The notes below the pieces were generated by a model that made no database searches, had not been told where the DNA came from, and worked only from the letters and a program-made list of their open reading frames with translations. Below are positions 33,983 through 45,400 of a stretch of DNA of 64,000 nt, one piece after another. Position numbers and translations under genes: made by a program. Source of the stretch: Rebecca billardiae RCC1528 (taxonomy: Eukaryota; Protista; Haptophyta); NCBI GenBank assembly GCA_965240325.2, contig OZ251231.1, forward strand, positions 2,356,001-2,420,000. The letters run 5' to 3'. The stretch's first letter is position 1, and every line of letters starts with the position of its first letter.

Positions 33983-34209
33983 GATATATATACATATACA
34001 TATATATATATATATATATTTGCGTCGTGCGCGAATAATTTCCTGGGAGACAGCAGCATCAGGGCCGGGCCGGTACCTAAACACGTCGCTATGCGCGGCG
34101 GTTATCCGTTACGGGCGCGCGTAAATGGCGTAGTAACTAGTTAGTATATTGCTCGGCGGATATATATATATATGGTAGAGAGAGAGAGAGAGAGAGTGGT
34201 AGAGAGAGC

Positions 34210-34253
<44 letters not shown>

Positions 34254-34548
34254 GAGAGAGAGAGAGTCGTGGGTGATGCTGACGCGATGTAGTAGTAGTA
34301 CGTCGTAGTAGTACGCGCGCGTATATAATTGCTACGCGCGGCAAACCCGTCGTCGTCTCTTATACGCATATATATAGCGTAGCGCTTACTTACAGTAGCA
34401 GTACCGCCACCCGGTAGCGGGCGTAGCGGCTGCGCGTGCGCGTCATTAAATAAGTACTCGTCACTATAAGTATAGCATATATATATATATATAAGTTTAT
34501 CTATCGACGGCGGCTGATGAGGATGATGATGCATATATATATATATAT
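33983..34548. repeat. Microsatellite cluster: (TA)n and (GA)n
   Basis: (TA)n ~33983-34019, ~90-bp (GA)n 34177-34266, more (TA)n to 34548. Confidence 0.95.
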
Positions 34549-34567
34549 GCGCGCAATTATACAGCTA

Positions 34568-36670
34568 CTACTGTGACGGCACACCTCTCTTACCAGCCGG
34601 TAGGCGCACGCCCAAGGAAACCTTTGACGGCGGGCTCGCTCTCGCAGCCTTATGATGAGCCTTGGCCCTTGCAAGAGCGTCCCTCGCTTTCGCTCGCCGC
34701 GCTGCGCGCCGCTCGGCGAGCGTTTCCCGATTGTCTTCTACCATGGCATGGATCGACTCAATGCCGCGCTCCGCCTCGTCCTCGTCCTCGCCGTCCTCGC
34801 CGAGGTAGCCGTCCACGGTGCGCAGCTCAACGAGCAGATTGGCGAGCCCGTCCGCGCACGAGAGTTGGTTGAGCAGCGTCGCGCTCACCATGTTAAGGCC
34901 GAGCGCGACGATCGCCGCCCACTGCGTGCGCACGTACTGGCGGATGCGCTCCTGGATCGACGTCTCCACCCGCTCGGCCAGCGCCAGCTTTGTGTCCTCC
35001 GGGAGCGCGGCGAAGCGCTCGAGGACGAGCCCGAGTGCAAAGTTGTACGCCCACACGCCGCAGCACGCGCCCGCGAGGCACAGCCATCCCATCTTGAAGT
35101 AGGAGGCGTTCTTAAACGCCTTGCTCGCGGCGAGCGCGCCGGGCTCGCGGTGCGCGTTGACGGTGTGCGCGATGAGCATGAAGCCGAGTAGCGTGGTCGA
35201 GTAGAACGCGTTGCACCCCCCGAACCAGCCGTCTCCCACCACGTGCAGCGGGAAGACGAGCGCGCCGTACACGACGGCAAACTGTATCAAAGGCGCGACC
35301 CACGCGACCCACCCCCAGAGAGAGGAGTCGGGCACGACTGTCTTCCACAGCTGCGCCGCGCGGATGGCTGCGGGGATGACGGCGAGGAGGATGGGCAGCA
35401 CCTCCACCATCGACTCGGACGCGATCGCCATGCGGTACCGCTGGCTGAGCAGCCCCTTGGTCAGCGAGTCCTGCAGCTCAGCATCCATCGCCGGAGCGAA
35501 GCCCAGCGTGTCGAACCACGGCACCGCGGTCGCGACGACTGGCCCGAGCGCGTTGGCGGTGAAGGCGGCGAGGATGAAGCGCTGCGAGGCGAGCCAGATG
35601 CGGACCGAGCTGAACGCGAGCGCGACGAGCACGAGCGCCGAGGTCTTGAACGCCGACGTTGTGAGCCCCGTGATCTGCCGCCAGCGCGACAGGAGGCAGT
35701 CGCCCGCGCGCGAGGCACTGTGCACGCGCAGCTCGCCACACACCGTGCGCAGCACGGGCCGCGTGGCGTACAGCGCGAGCAGCTGCTCGAGGCTCGCGTC
35801 CTTCGGCGCGTTGTCGGCGATGTCGTTCGCGCACATCGCCCCCGTGAGCGCGCCGAGCGTCCTCGCGCACGCCGCCTCGCACTGCGCGCTGAACGAGCCG
35901 TCGTCATCGGAGCTGCCATCCAGCAGCCGTGTGCGCACAGCGCTCAGCTCGTCGTCGCCGAGCGCGAGGAGCGCGGCGGCCTCCTGCTGCGCGCTGGATT
36001 GCGCGTCGGCGCAACCCTGCGCCACCGCATCACGCGTGCTGTTCGCCGCGAGCTCCGCCGCCTGCTCCGAGCCCGTCGAGTTGAGCACGTCCGCGTACAC
36101 CTGCGCTGACGACGTCTGAGCAAGCTCGCACTGGTCGCTGGAAGGGGTGGTGGTGGCTGAGGGGAGCTGGACGGAGGGCAGGCTGGAGCGTAGGTCTGAG
36201 AGAGCACGCTCGCACGACGGTCCACACTCTCCGCTGCCCGTGCGTCGCAGGAACGGCATGAATGTCTGCGACACATCGAAGCCGGGTGAGGGCTCGTCGA
36301 GGTTGGCGCAATTGATCGCAGGCGCGTCGTCGGTGCCAAATATGATAGAGATGCGCGGCACGCCCTTGGCGAGGGAATCTGTGAACTCGACGATCACGCT
36401 CGACGCCAGCAGCATGAGTATGGTGACCAGCATCGAGTAGCGCCAGGCCGTGTAGTTGGCGCTCGCTGAGACGGGAGCGTCCTCGCCCTCGCGCTTCCGC
36501 TCGCTCTCGAAGCGGAGGTCACGGCCGCCGTCCGCCGAGATGTCCTTAGTGAGGAAGGCGCGTGCGACGTGACGCACGACCCAGATCGAGCGCCAGCGCC
36601 CGAACAGCATGGGAAGAGGCGTCGGCTCTGCAGGCCCTGTTGCATCCATGCTCAAGGGTGCTTCCGCCAT
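34568..36670 (-). CDS. Uncharacterised multi-pass membrane protein with Cys-rich extracellular loop
   Basis: 700-aa ORF with GC3-rich codons from MAEAPLS; one TM, a Cys-rich loop, then about 7-8 TM segments. Confidence 0.65.
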   Translation of the reverse strand: MAEAPLSMDATGPAEPTPLPMLFGRWRSIWVVRHVARAFLTKDISADGGRDLRFESERKREGEDAPVSASANYTAWRYSMLVTILMLLASSVIVEFTDSLAKGVPRISIIFGTDDAPAINCANLDEPSPGFDVSQTFMPFLRRTGSGECGPSCERALSDLRSSLPSVQLPSATTTPSSDQCELAQTSSAQVYADVLNSTGSEQAAELAANSTRDAVAQGCADAQSSAQQEAAALLALGDDELSAVRTRLLDGSSDDDGSFSAQCEAACARTLGALTGAMCANDIADNAPKDASLEQLLALYATRPVLRTVCGELRVHSASRAGDCLLSRWRQITGLTTSAFKTSALVLVALAFSSVRIWLASQRFILAAFTANALGPVVATAVPWFDTLGFAPAMDAELQDSLTKGLLSQRYRMAIASESMVEVLPILLAVIPAAIRAAQLWKTVVPDSSLWGWVAWVAPLIQFAVVYGALVFPLHVVGDGWFGGCNAFYSTTLLGFMLIAHTVNAHREPGALAASKAFKNASYFKMGWLCLAGACCGVWAYNFALGLVLERFAALPEDTKLALAERVETSIQERIRQYVRTQWAAIVALGLNMVSATLLNQLSCADGLANLLVELRTVDGYLGEDGEDEDEAERGIESIHAMVEDNRETLAERRAARRAKARDALARAKAHHKAARASPPSKVSLGVRLPAGKRGVPSQ

Positions 36671-37196
36671 GGCATCAGCTCGTCTTTCCGAGCTATGGGG
36701 GAGCCGTCCGGGCGTGAGAAAAGCCGGCAGCCCAAAGCCCGGTAAAGTGAGGGCAAACCGCCGACAGCCGGGGCCGGGCCGCGAACCGTCGGCGCAGTCT
36801 GACTGAGGATGCACAGAGGAGGCTCAAGCGCCTCAAGCTTGAAGCTGCTCAACAGCCCGCCAGCGCCCAGACGGCGCAGCCCAGGCGGCTTCGCAGTGAA
36901 TGTCATCGTCGCTGCGATCTCTGCTGAACTACGCCTCTCGGGAGGAGTTGCCGTCGCTTGCCGAGCACCAGCATGTCCTGGGATTACAGGCCGTCGTCCA
37001 GAGCTGCAGGCTCGCGCCGTCGGGTAGGGCGATAGCCGATACTCGATACTGTAGGCGGTAGCGAGCTCGCAACACTCGAAGGCGTCAGCAGACAAACCCT
37101 GCAGGTCGGGGCGCTCGGATCGCCGGCGCAGGTGCCAGCCCACGAGCCGCTTGCTTCACGCGAGATGATGGTTGTCAGCGGCGGCACTGCGGTCGA

Positions 37197-37848
37197 TTAG
37201 CTGCGGTCGGCGTCAAACGGCGCGAGGTCGTGGTAGCAGTGGTGCCAGGCCGCGGCCACAGCCTGCTTGACCTCGCGCGCGCCTGCGGGCAGCAGCACAC
37301 AGCCAGTTTGGAGCGCTGGTCAGGAGGCGCGTTGCCGCGGCGACGCACGCGGGCGAGTGACGCCGCCGCGCAGGGAGCAGCATCAGCGTACCGCTACTGG
37401 CCGGATTCATCGCCACCGAGAGCTCCGCCCTCCGCCGGACGCACTTCTGCTGCTGCGCGCGCAGGTTGAGGTTGCCGCGCGCAAACTCCTGTCCGAACGA
37501 GCAGTCTCCGCTCAAGTTCGCCGCGCGGATCTCCGTGCACGCGTGATGCTTCAAATCCATCCAGTTGACGCGCGCGCGGCAGTCATCGAAGGCGTGAATC
37601 AGCTCATGCACCATCGTGGACTCGGTGAGGGCCGCATTGTCCATGTGCTGCTGGCACAGAATCACGCCGCGGTCTCTGTCGTAGCCGCCTTGGCAGTCCT
37701 GCTCGCAGCGCTCGCACGAGAAGAAGGTGCGATTGACTGGACAGCCAGCGCGCTCGAGGGCAGCGAGAAGAGTGCGCACCGCCGCGCTCTTCTCAAAGGC
37801 GCGATCGACGTGGCGTCGGCACGTATCCTCACCGCTGCCGCCAGCCAT
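37197..37848 (-). CDS. ATP23: Mitochondrial inner membrane protease ATP23 (peptidase M76; intron 37283..37391)
   Basis: HELIHAFDDCR, HHACTEIRAANLSGDC, CVRRRAELSV; splicing gives C-terminus AWHHCYHDLAPFD. Confidence 0.93.
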
Positions 37849-38213
37849 CCTGCGGCGTGCTATGTGAAATACTACCGCCGTCATTTACTCATTTCCGCCA
37901 TTTCTGGACACCAGTAAGTCCCAGTACAGTAGTAGTAACGCAGTGTCGTCGCTGTCTCACATACTCAGCAGTCTGTTACAACATGTTGACCACTCAGTAG
38001 GATGGCATTGTCACTGACAGACCGTCAGACATGTCTGTCAGGTACAGTGTCAGCAGTCTGTCAGTGTCAGATTCTGACGATGAGATCGATGAGCGATTGC
38101 CTTTAATTATTCATGAAAACGGGTGCAGCTCGCCAGGCCATTTGATTCGCGCACAGACGGTAGTGTCACACCGCAGCGAGCCGGCCATGGATCGGCTCGC
38201 ACGTGGGAGGGCG

Positions 38214-39875
38214 CTACGCGGGCATGCCTGGCACGGCGAGCCGCGCCACGACGCGCACCGCAAGACGCACGGCGCACGCGAGCGTGGCCGCTCCGAGCGC
38301 ACCGAGCAGCGCGAGCGCGCGCGTCGTCACGTCCGCGCGCCGAACGATCTCCGAGTAGGCGAGGCCGGGGGACTGCACGAGGTAGAAGATCTGCGGGTGG
38401 AAGCCAAGCCGCGCCCCGAGCGTGCGTGACAGCTGCAGCCGGACGAAGAAGTTGAGCGCCCAGAACGCGCGCCGCACCGCCCCGAACGCCGCCTGCTGCG
38501 AGTATTGGAACGGGTAGCCGAGGGTCATCATGCGGCACAGCGCGGTGGCCTCGCGCGCGCGCGCGGCGCCGTACTGCGCGAGCGCGGGCACGAGGCTGGG
38601 GCCGCTCTGCGCGGGAAAGTGCACGTCCGCGGCATCGAGCCACTCCGCCAGCGCGCCCACATCCTGCAGCCCGGAGTTGACGCCCTGACCCAGATCGGGC
38701 GGGAAGGCATGCAGTGCGTCGCCCGCGAGCGCCGCGCACGCGCCGCCGGCCACGGTCAAGGCGGCGTGCGTGCACCGCGTGGGCGCGGGGAAGCGCCCGC
38801 CGCGGCTCGCCGCGAAGCGCGCGAGCTCCTCCTCGCCCAGGTGCTTCGCGTCGAGCGGCACGTGCGGGAACACGCGGCGGAGGTACGCCCCCATCTCGGC
38901 CGCGCTCAGCTGCTCCCAGAGCGGGTGGCCGTGGCGCGCCGTGATGAAGTTGGCTGTGCGGCCGTTTGCGTCCGAGCGCAGCGGCAGCATGCCCACGCGC
39001 AGCGAGGGCTCGGCGCCCGGCGTGGAGCGCAGCGAGTAGGCCACCTGCGCCTCCGCGCGCGCCTCGGGCACGCGGCGCGAGAGCTGGAACGACGGCGGAA
39101 GCGTGAGCACCTTGTACCGGAGACCGGCCGCGGCGGAGCGGTGCGTTCGCACGCCAAACGCGCGCCCGTTGCTCAGCTCGGCGAGGCGCGCGCGCACGAC
39201 GGAGCGCAGGCCGTCGGCGCCGAGGACGAGCTGCGCGGTGAGGCGCTGCTCCTCTCCAGTCGCCGCCTCGCGCGCGCCCACGCTCCACGTCGTCGCGTTC
39301 TGCAGGTGCAGGCTGGAGAGCTCGTGTCCGTACAGACGCTCGATGGCAGGCAGCTCGCCGCCCGCGCCGCGCGTGGCCGCGACTGCGTCGTCGAGCAGGC
39401 GGACGAAGGTGTTGCGCGGCACCCACTGCGGCGTGATCTGCCCCCGGGCATTCTTGTTCACGATCGGAAGCCCGACCGGCTCCCCCACGCCCCCGTCCGG
39501 CTCATCTGTCACCTGCGCGATGCGGAATGCAGCCTGCGAGACGCTCGCCGCCTCGAGGGCGGGCATCAGCCCGAGCGGCTCGAGCACGGCCTGCCCGCGC
39601 CCGTCTATGAGGTACAGGAACCCGCGCTCCGGATCGTACGCCGCCGGGTCGCTCGCCTTCTCGACGAGCGCGACGCGCGCGCCGCGCGCGCGCAGCGCGA
39701 GCGCGGCGGCGAGCCCCGTCGGGCCCGCGCCGACGATGACGGCGTCGAACGGGCGCGCAGGCGCGGTGGCAACGATGGCCGCGCGCGAAGCTCTAGCGCG
39801 CGCCATCATTGGGCGCGCACCCGGCCGAGCTACGCCGGCCGCCATCGCGACGATGCACGCTGATGTCCACAGCAT
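38214..39875 (-). CDS. FAD-dependent monooxygenase, kynurenine 3-monooxygenase-like, possibly plastid-targeted
   Basis: IVGAGPTG, LGADGLRS, GDALHAFPPDLGQGVNSGLQD; signal/transit-like N-terminus; C-terminal TM. Confidence 0.88.
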   Translation of the reverse strand: MLWTSACIVAMAAGVARPGARPMMARARASRAAIVATAPARPFDAVIVGAGPTGLAAALALRARGARVALVEKASDPAAYDPERGFLYLIDGRGQAVLEPLGLMPALEAASVSQAAFRIAQVTDEPDGGVGEPVGLPIVNKNARGQITPQWVPRNTFVRLLDDAVAATRGAGGELPAIERLYGHELSSLHLQNATTWSVGAREAATGEEQRLTAQLVLGADGLRSVVRARLAELSNGRAFGVRTHRSAAAGLRYKVLTLPPSFQLSRRVPEARAEAQVAYSLRSTPGAEPSLRVGMLPLRSDANGRTANFITARHGHPLWEQLSAAEMGAYLRRVFPHVPLDAKHLGEEELARFAASRGGRFPAPTRCTHAALTVAGGACAALAGDALHAFPPDLGQGVNSGLQDVGALAEWLDAADVHFPAQSGPSLVPALAQYGAARAREATALCRMMTLGYPFQYSQQAAFGAVRRAFWALNFFVRLQLSRTLGARLGFHPQIFYLVQSPGLAYSEIVRRADVTTRALALLGALGAATLACAVRLAVRVVARLAVPGMPA

Positions 39876-40037
39876 GATTGCCGGCGAGACGTGGCCTTGA
39901 CACCCGCGCCGCCGTCACGATGTCGCCGATCGGGCGCCGATTCGGGGCATCGGGGCTCGGCAGCAGCCGAAATCGAAGCAGGCAGCAGCGCCCGCGCGCC
40001 CGCGTGGGTGCTGCGCGGGTCTGAACTTGCCGCAAAC

Positions 40038-41166
40038 CAAGGGCGGTAAGGGCTGTCAACTCCCAGTGGCGCCGAGTGGCGGAGGTTGGGGGCCCCTCAA
40101 CTCGTGCGGCCGCGCGGCGCAGCGGCGAAGTCTCCTGGGGCGCCGCCCTGGAGGGCGCGTGGGGTGCGCACGCCGCGTGCTCCTGCGCCCGCGGCAGCGG
40201 CCGCGGACACGGCGCGCGTGGTTGGTCGCATGCTAGACAGCATGTAGTACCCTCCCACGCCGCGCGCCGCGCTCGCCGGTGCCCTTGCCGTGCCTCAGGC
40301 CAGCCGCGCACGCGCGCCGCACCAATGGCCAGCCGTGGCCACGCGCCAGCCGCCGGCGCGCGCGCGGTGCGCGGTGCGGTCGGCGCGGGTCGGGCGCGCG
40401 CCCGGGGCGAGGCTCACGTGTGGTGGGCGCGCGCCATGCCGCCTCGCGCCGCCGCACACGAGCTTGATCACGTTCCACGCGGCTGCTGAAGGGTGCTCGT
40501 CGAGCATTCCTCGGCCATCAGAAATGAGCTTGGACAAGCGGCTGTGAGCGCATCAGTGCGAGGAACGCGAGCACTTGGGGGCTCGCGTGCCTTATTAGGA
40601 GGCTGGTCGTGCACATATCAGTGGTCTGCGCTTGTCTATCACGCGTCGCTGCCTTCCCATGATCGTCTCAACATGAGCATTTTCAAACATGGCAATGCAC
40701 ACTCGACAGCATGATAACGCGTGCGCGCCGACCCATGCGGGCGCCAGCGCGGCGGCGCGAGGCGGCATGGCGCGCGCCCACCACACGTGAGCCTCGCCCC
40801 GGGCGCGCGCCCGACCCGCGCCGACCGCACCGCGCACCGCGCGCGCGCCGGCGGCCGGCGCGTGGCCACGGCTGGCCATTGGTGCGGCGCGCGTGCGCGG
40901 CTGGCCTGAGGCGCGGCGAGGGCACCGGCGAGCGCGGCGCGCGGCGTGGGAGGGTACTACATGCTGTCTAGCATGCGACCAACCACGCGCGCCGTGTCCG
41001 CGGCCGCTGCCGCGGGCGCAGGAGCACGCGGCGTGCGCACCCCACGCGCCCTCCAGGGCGGCGCCCCAGGAGACTTAGCCGCTGCGCCGCGAGGCCGCAC
41101 GAGTTGAGGGGCCCCCAACCTCCGCCACTCGGCGCCACTGGGAGTTGACAGCCCTTACCGCCCTTG
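40038..41166. mobile_element. Non-autonomous foldback DNA transposon FB-1 (~418-bp TIRs, 7-bp TSD CGCAAAC)
   Basis: 40038..40455 is the near-perfect reverse complement of 40749..41166; termini CAAGGG/CCCTTG; CGCAAAC at 40031-40037 and 41167-41173. Confidence 0.88.
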
Positions 41167-41173
41167 CGCAAAC

Positions 41174-42292
41174 CAAGGGGAGTCAGGGTACAGCACGTCC
41201 AGTTGGGCTGCAGCTGGAGCTTGGGTCCAAAAGCTTCCCGCGGCGCAGCGGCACTCGCCGCCGCCGCCGCCGTCGAGGGGCGGTTGTGGCGCGCACGGCG
41301 TGAGCCGCTGCGGGCGCTGAGGTGCGCGCGACGGCGGCGCGCCCGGCGGCGCTGCTGTAGGAGGCCACTGCCCTCCTCTCTGCCCCGCGCGCTTCGCTCG
41401 TCGTCGCCGTCTCCGCGCCTGCGACTCAGCGCGCACGCGAGCGCGGCACCGCCCGGCAGCCGGGGCAATCTCTGCCGTGACTGCGCATGTGCGTCGCGAC
41501 CTGGTCGGCCCAGCGCGCGAGGCGCGTGCGGGCGAGGTAGGGCCAGTATGGGCGCGCGCCATGCCGCCTCGACCTTGCGCCGGTGGGCATGTCGCGGGCC
41601 TTGCACCTCTGTCGACAACGTTGACAAACAATGCGGCACCCAAGCGCAGGCGTCAGTGTGCACGATCGAGGCAGTAGGCGTACAGACGCGATAGTTGCAG
41701 AGCCTTTTGTGATCATGCGAGTCATACATTGTCAGTGACTCTCACCCAGGTCGTCTGCGCGCTGAACTGACGTTTTGACTGAGTGCCTCGAGATCGCCTC
41801 GACGATGGCCCGTGCATTGCTTGAACACAGTCCACTGAGCGGCCAACCAGACACACGTGCTCAGTTCCCTGTTGTACGCTCTGATGGGCTTACTTGAGGC
41901 GGCATGGCGCGCGCCCATACTGGCCCTACCTCGCCCGCACGCGCCTCGCGCGCTGGGCCGACCAGGTCGCGACGCACATGCGCAGTCACGGCAGAGATTG
42001 CCCCGGCTGCCGGGCGGTGCCGCGCTCGCGTGCGCGCTGAGTCGCAGGCGCGGAGACGGCGACGACGAGCGAAGCGCGCGGGGCAGAGAGGAGGGCAGTG
42101 GCCTCCTACAGCAGCGCCGCCGGGCGCGCCGCCGTCGCGCGCACCTCAGCGCCCGCAGCGGCTCACGCCGTGCGCGCCACAACCGCCCCTCGACGGCGGC
42201 GGCGGCGGCGAGTGCCGCTGCGCCGCGGGAAGCTTTTGGACCCAAGCTCCAGCTGCAGCCCAACTGGACGTGCTGTACCCTGACTCCCCTTG
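41174..42292. mobile_element. Non-autonomous foldback DNA transposon FB-2 (397-bp TIRs)
   Basis: 41174..41570 is the reverse complement of 41896..42292; termini CAAGGG/CCCTTG; no matching TSD on the right. Confidence 0.85.
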
Positions 42293-42494
42293 TCCTACCT
42301 GTGTCGTTAAATCATAGAATGTGTCCAGCGCCCAACCGGCCTCAGCGCGTTCCCGGACACGGCAGGTTGTTTCGGGAGCAGGGCGGCAAGCAGAGCTCTC
42401 GGTGACAACCCGCGGTGGACGACAAGGCCTGTGGCGGTCTGCCCGACCGAGTGCCCCGCCGCGAAGCCCTCCGCGCGGGCGTTCGGGCGGCGAC

Positions 42495-45400
42495 ATGACG
42501 GACTACGCGGCCCCACCATCAACGGGTGCCGGTGTCCACGCGCGCGCTCCGCCGCTGGGGGCCACTGGCCGCGAGCCATCGGCCGCCGCGGTCGTCGCGG
42601 ACGATCACCACACAGGCCGGCCCGAGATGTACGAGACGCAGTGCCCGTTCTGCTTCGAGGCGGTGCATTTCTCGTTGATGCGCGACTCGAACAACCTGAT
42701 GTGCCCGAGCTGTGCAATGCTCTTCGACGCCACCCACGCGTACGCGAAGGCCGAGATCGTTGCCGCGCTTTCGATACAGAAGCACGCGCGCGGGCGCTTT
42801 GCTCGGATGATGATGCGCCACAAGCAGGAGCCCGCCCACGCGGCTGAGCCGGCGAAGGGCAGCTGCCCGGCATGCTCGGAGAGCGTGCACTTTACGCACG
42901 ACCGCGAGACCGACAGCCTCGTGTGCCCGAGCTGCGCGACGATCTTCCACGCGGAGCGGCGCGACAAGCTGATGGCCGACTGCCCGGCGTGCTCGGCGGG
43001 CGTGCACTACTCGCTCGATCGGCGCTCGCACAGCCTCGTGTGCTCGAGCTGCGCGACGGCCTTCCAGCCGCCGGCGCAGCCGGGCGAGCCAAAGCCGCCG
43101 CCGCGCGAGGAGCCGACGCCGATGCGCGCGGGCACCGTGTTTGAGCGAGGCAAGCTGTACCACGCGCCGTGCCCGGTGTGCTCGCTGTCGGTCTCGTTCC
43201 GGCTGCACCAGCGGCTGGACACGATCGCGTGCCCCAACTGCTCGATCGTCTTCCACGGTGCGATCGCGCTCAAGGCGGTGGCGATGGACGTGCTCGCGGT
43301 CTTGACAATCCAGAAGCACGCGCGCGGCCGGCTCACGCGCCGCGCGGTCGCGAGGCAAAAGACGGGCGGCTCGCTCAAGATCTCGGCCGAGCTGGGGCAG
43401 GCGGTGCAGCCGGGCGAGACGAGCGCGCACACGCCTCCGCAGCACGCGCACGGCAAGGGCGCCGCGGTCGAGAAGAAGGACGCGCACCCGCCCACCGCGC
43501 GCAAGCGGCTGTCGCGGCCACCGCGAGGCTCGCTGTACCAGATGAGCTGCCCGACGTGCGAGGCAGATGTGCACTTCTCGCCCTACTACGACACGCACAA
43601 CCTGCTCTGCCCGACGTGCATGACGATCTTCGACGCGCGGAAGGAGCACCGCTGGGCCGAGGTGATCTCCGCCATCCGCATCCAGAAGGAGGTGCGGCGC
43701 AGGCAGGCGATGCGGCTGCGTGACGAGATGCGCCGCCAGCTCTCTGCGCGGCGCGCTGCCGGAGCGCGCCCCGAGATGTACGTGACCGACTGCCCGAGCT
43801 GCTTCAAGGGCGTGCACTTTGCGCTGCTGCGCGACACGAACAACCTGCTGTGCGGCCACTGCTCGACGATGTTCGACGCGACGACCGCGTACCGGCAGGC
43901 CGACGTCATCGCCGCCATCCGGATTCAGCAGCGGCTGCGGAGCAAGATGGCGATGCGCCTCAAGGCACGGCTGCTCGGGCGCCGCCTCGCAGACGCGCCG
44001 CCGCCCGACGCGGAGGCGCCGCCGCCCATCAACGTCGCGGCGGCAACGGCGGCGGTGAGCGGCCCGCGCGCGGCGAGCCCGCTCTCGCCCACGTCGCCCG
44101 GAGCCCGCCCCGAGATGTACGTGACCGACTGCCCGAGCTGCTTCAAGGGCGTGCACTTTGAGCTGCTGCGCGACACGAACAACCTGCTGTGCGGCCACTG
44201 CTCGACGCTGTTCGACGCGACGAGCGCGTACAAGCAGGCCGAGGTGCTCGCCGCGATCCACGTGCAGAAGCACGCGCGCGGCCGGCTCGAGCGGCGCAAG
44301 AGCACGCTGGTGCGCGGCTTCCTCCACCGCGGCAAGCTGTACCACGCGCCGTGCCCGGTGTGCTCGACCTCGGTCTCGTTCCGGCTGCACCAGAGAGGGG
44401 ACGCCATCGTGTGCCCCAACTGCGCGATGGTGTACCACGCGGGGCGCGCGCTCAAGACGGTGGCGATCGACGCGCTCGCCGTGGTGACGATCCAGAAGTA
44501 CACGCGCGGCCGGCTCGAGCGCAAGCGCACGCTGCAGCGCCGCGCGAGCAAGCCGTCGGCCTTGCTGCCGGCCGCGCCGCCGGCCGCCGCGCCGCCGCTG
44601 CCCGGCCCGGCAGCGCCCGAGCCGGCGCACGCGTCGAGCCCGCCCTCGCCCTCGCCGCCGGTCTCGCGTCCCGACATGTACGTGACCGACTGCCCGACCT
44701 GCTTCAAGGGCGTGCACTTCTCGCTGCTGCGCGACACGAACAACCTGCTCTGCCCGGAGTGCTCGACGATGTTCGACGCGACGAGCGCGTACAAGCAGGC
44801 CGAGGTGCTCGCCGCGATCCACGTGCAGAAGCACGCGCGCGGCCGGCTCGAGCGGCGCAAGCACAAGCTGGCCAAGGAGTTCCTGCAGCGGGGCAAGCGG
44901 TACCACGTGCCGTGCCCGGTGTGCGGCAGCGCGCTCTCCTTCAAGACGCACCGCGAGAGCCACGACGTGGTGCTCTGCCCGCACTGCTGCAGCGTCTTCA
45001 GCGGCAGCCACGCGCTCAAGTCGGTCTCCGTCGTCGTGCTCGCGGCCATGCACATCCAGCGGCACGCGCGCGGCCGGCTCGAGCGCGCGCGGCACGGCGA
45101 TCGCAGGAGAGCGAGCATCCGCGCGCGCGCCGCCAGCCTGGCCGGCCCACGCCCGGCGAGCCCGCTCTCGCCCACGTCGGCGGGCTCGCGCCCCGAGATG
45201 TACGTGACCGACTGCCCGAGCTGCTTCAAGGGCGTGCACTTTGAGCTGCTGCGCGACACGAACAACCTGCTGTGCGGCCACTGCTCGACACTGTTCGACG
45301 CGACGAGCGCGTACAAGCAGGCCGAGGTGCTCGCCGCGATCCACGTGCAGAAGCACGCGCGCGGCCGGCTCGAGCGGCGCAAGAGCACGCTGGTGCGCGG

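Noticed and set aside
40027-42496. Many short ORFs within the foldback elements
   Set aside because: They are mirrored by the inverted repeats; no transposase motifs
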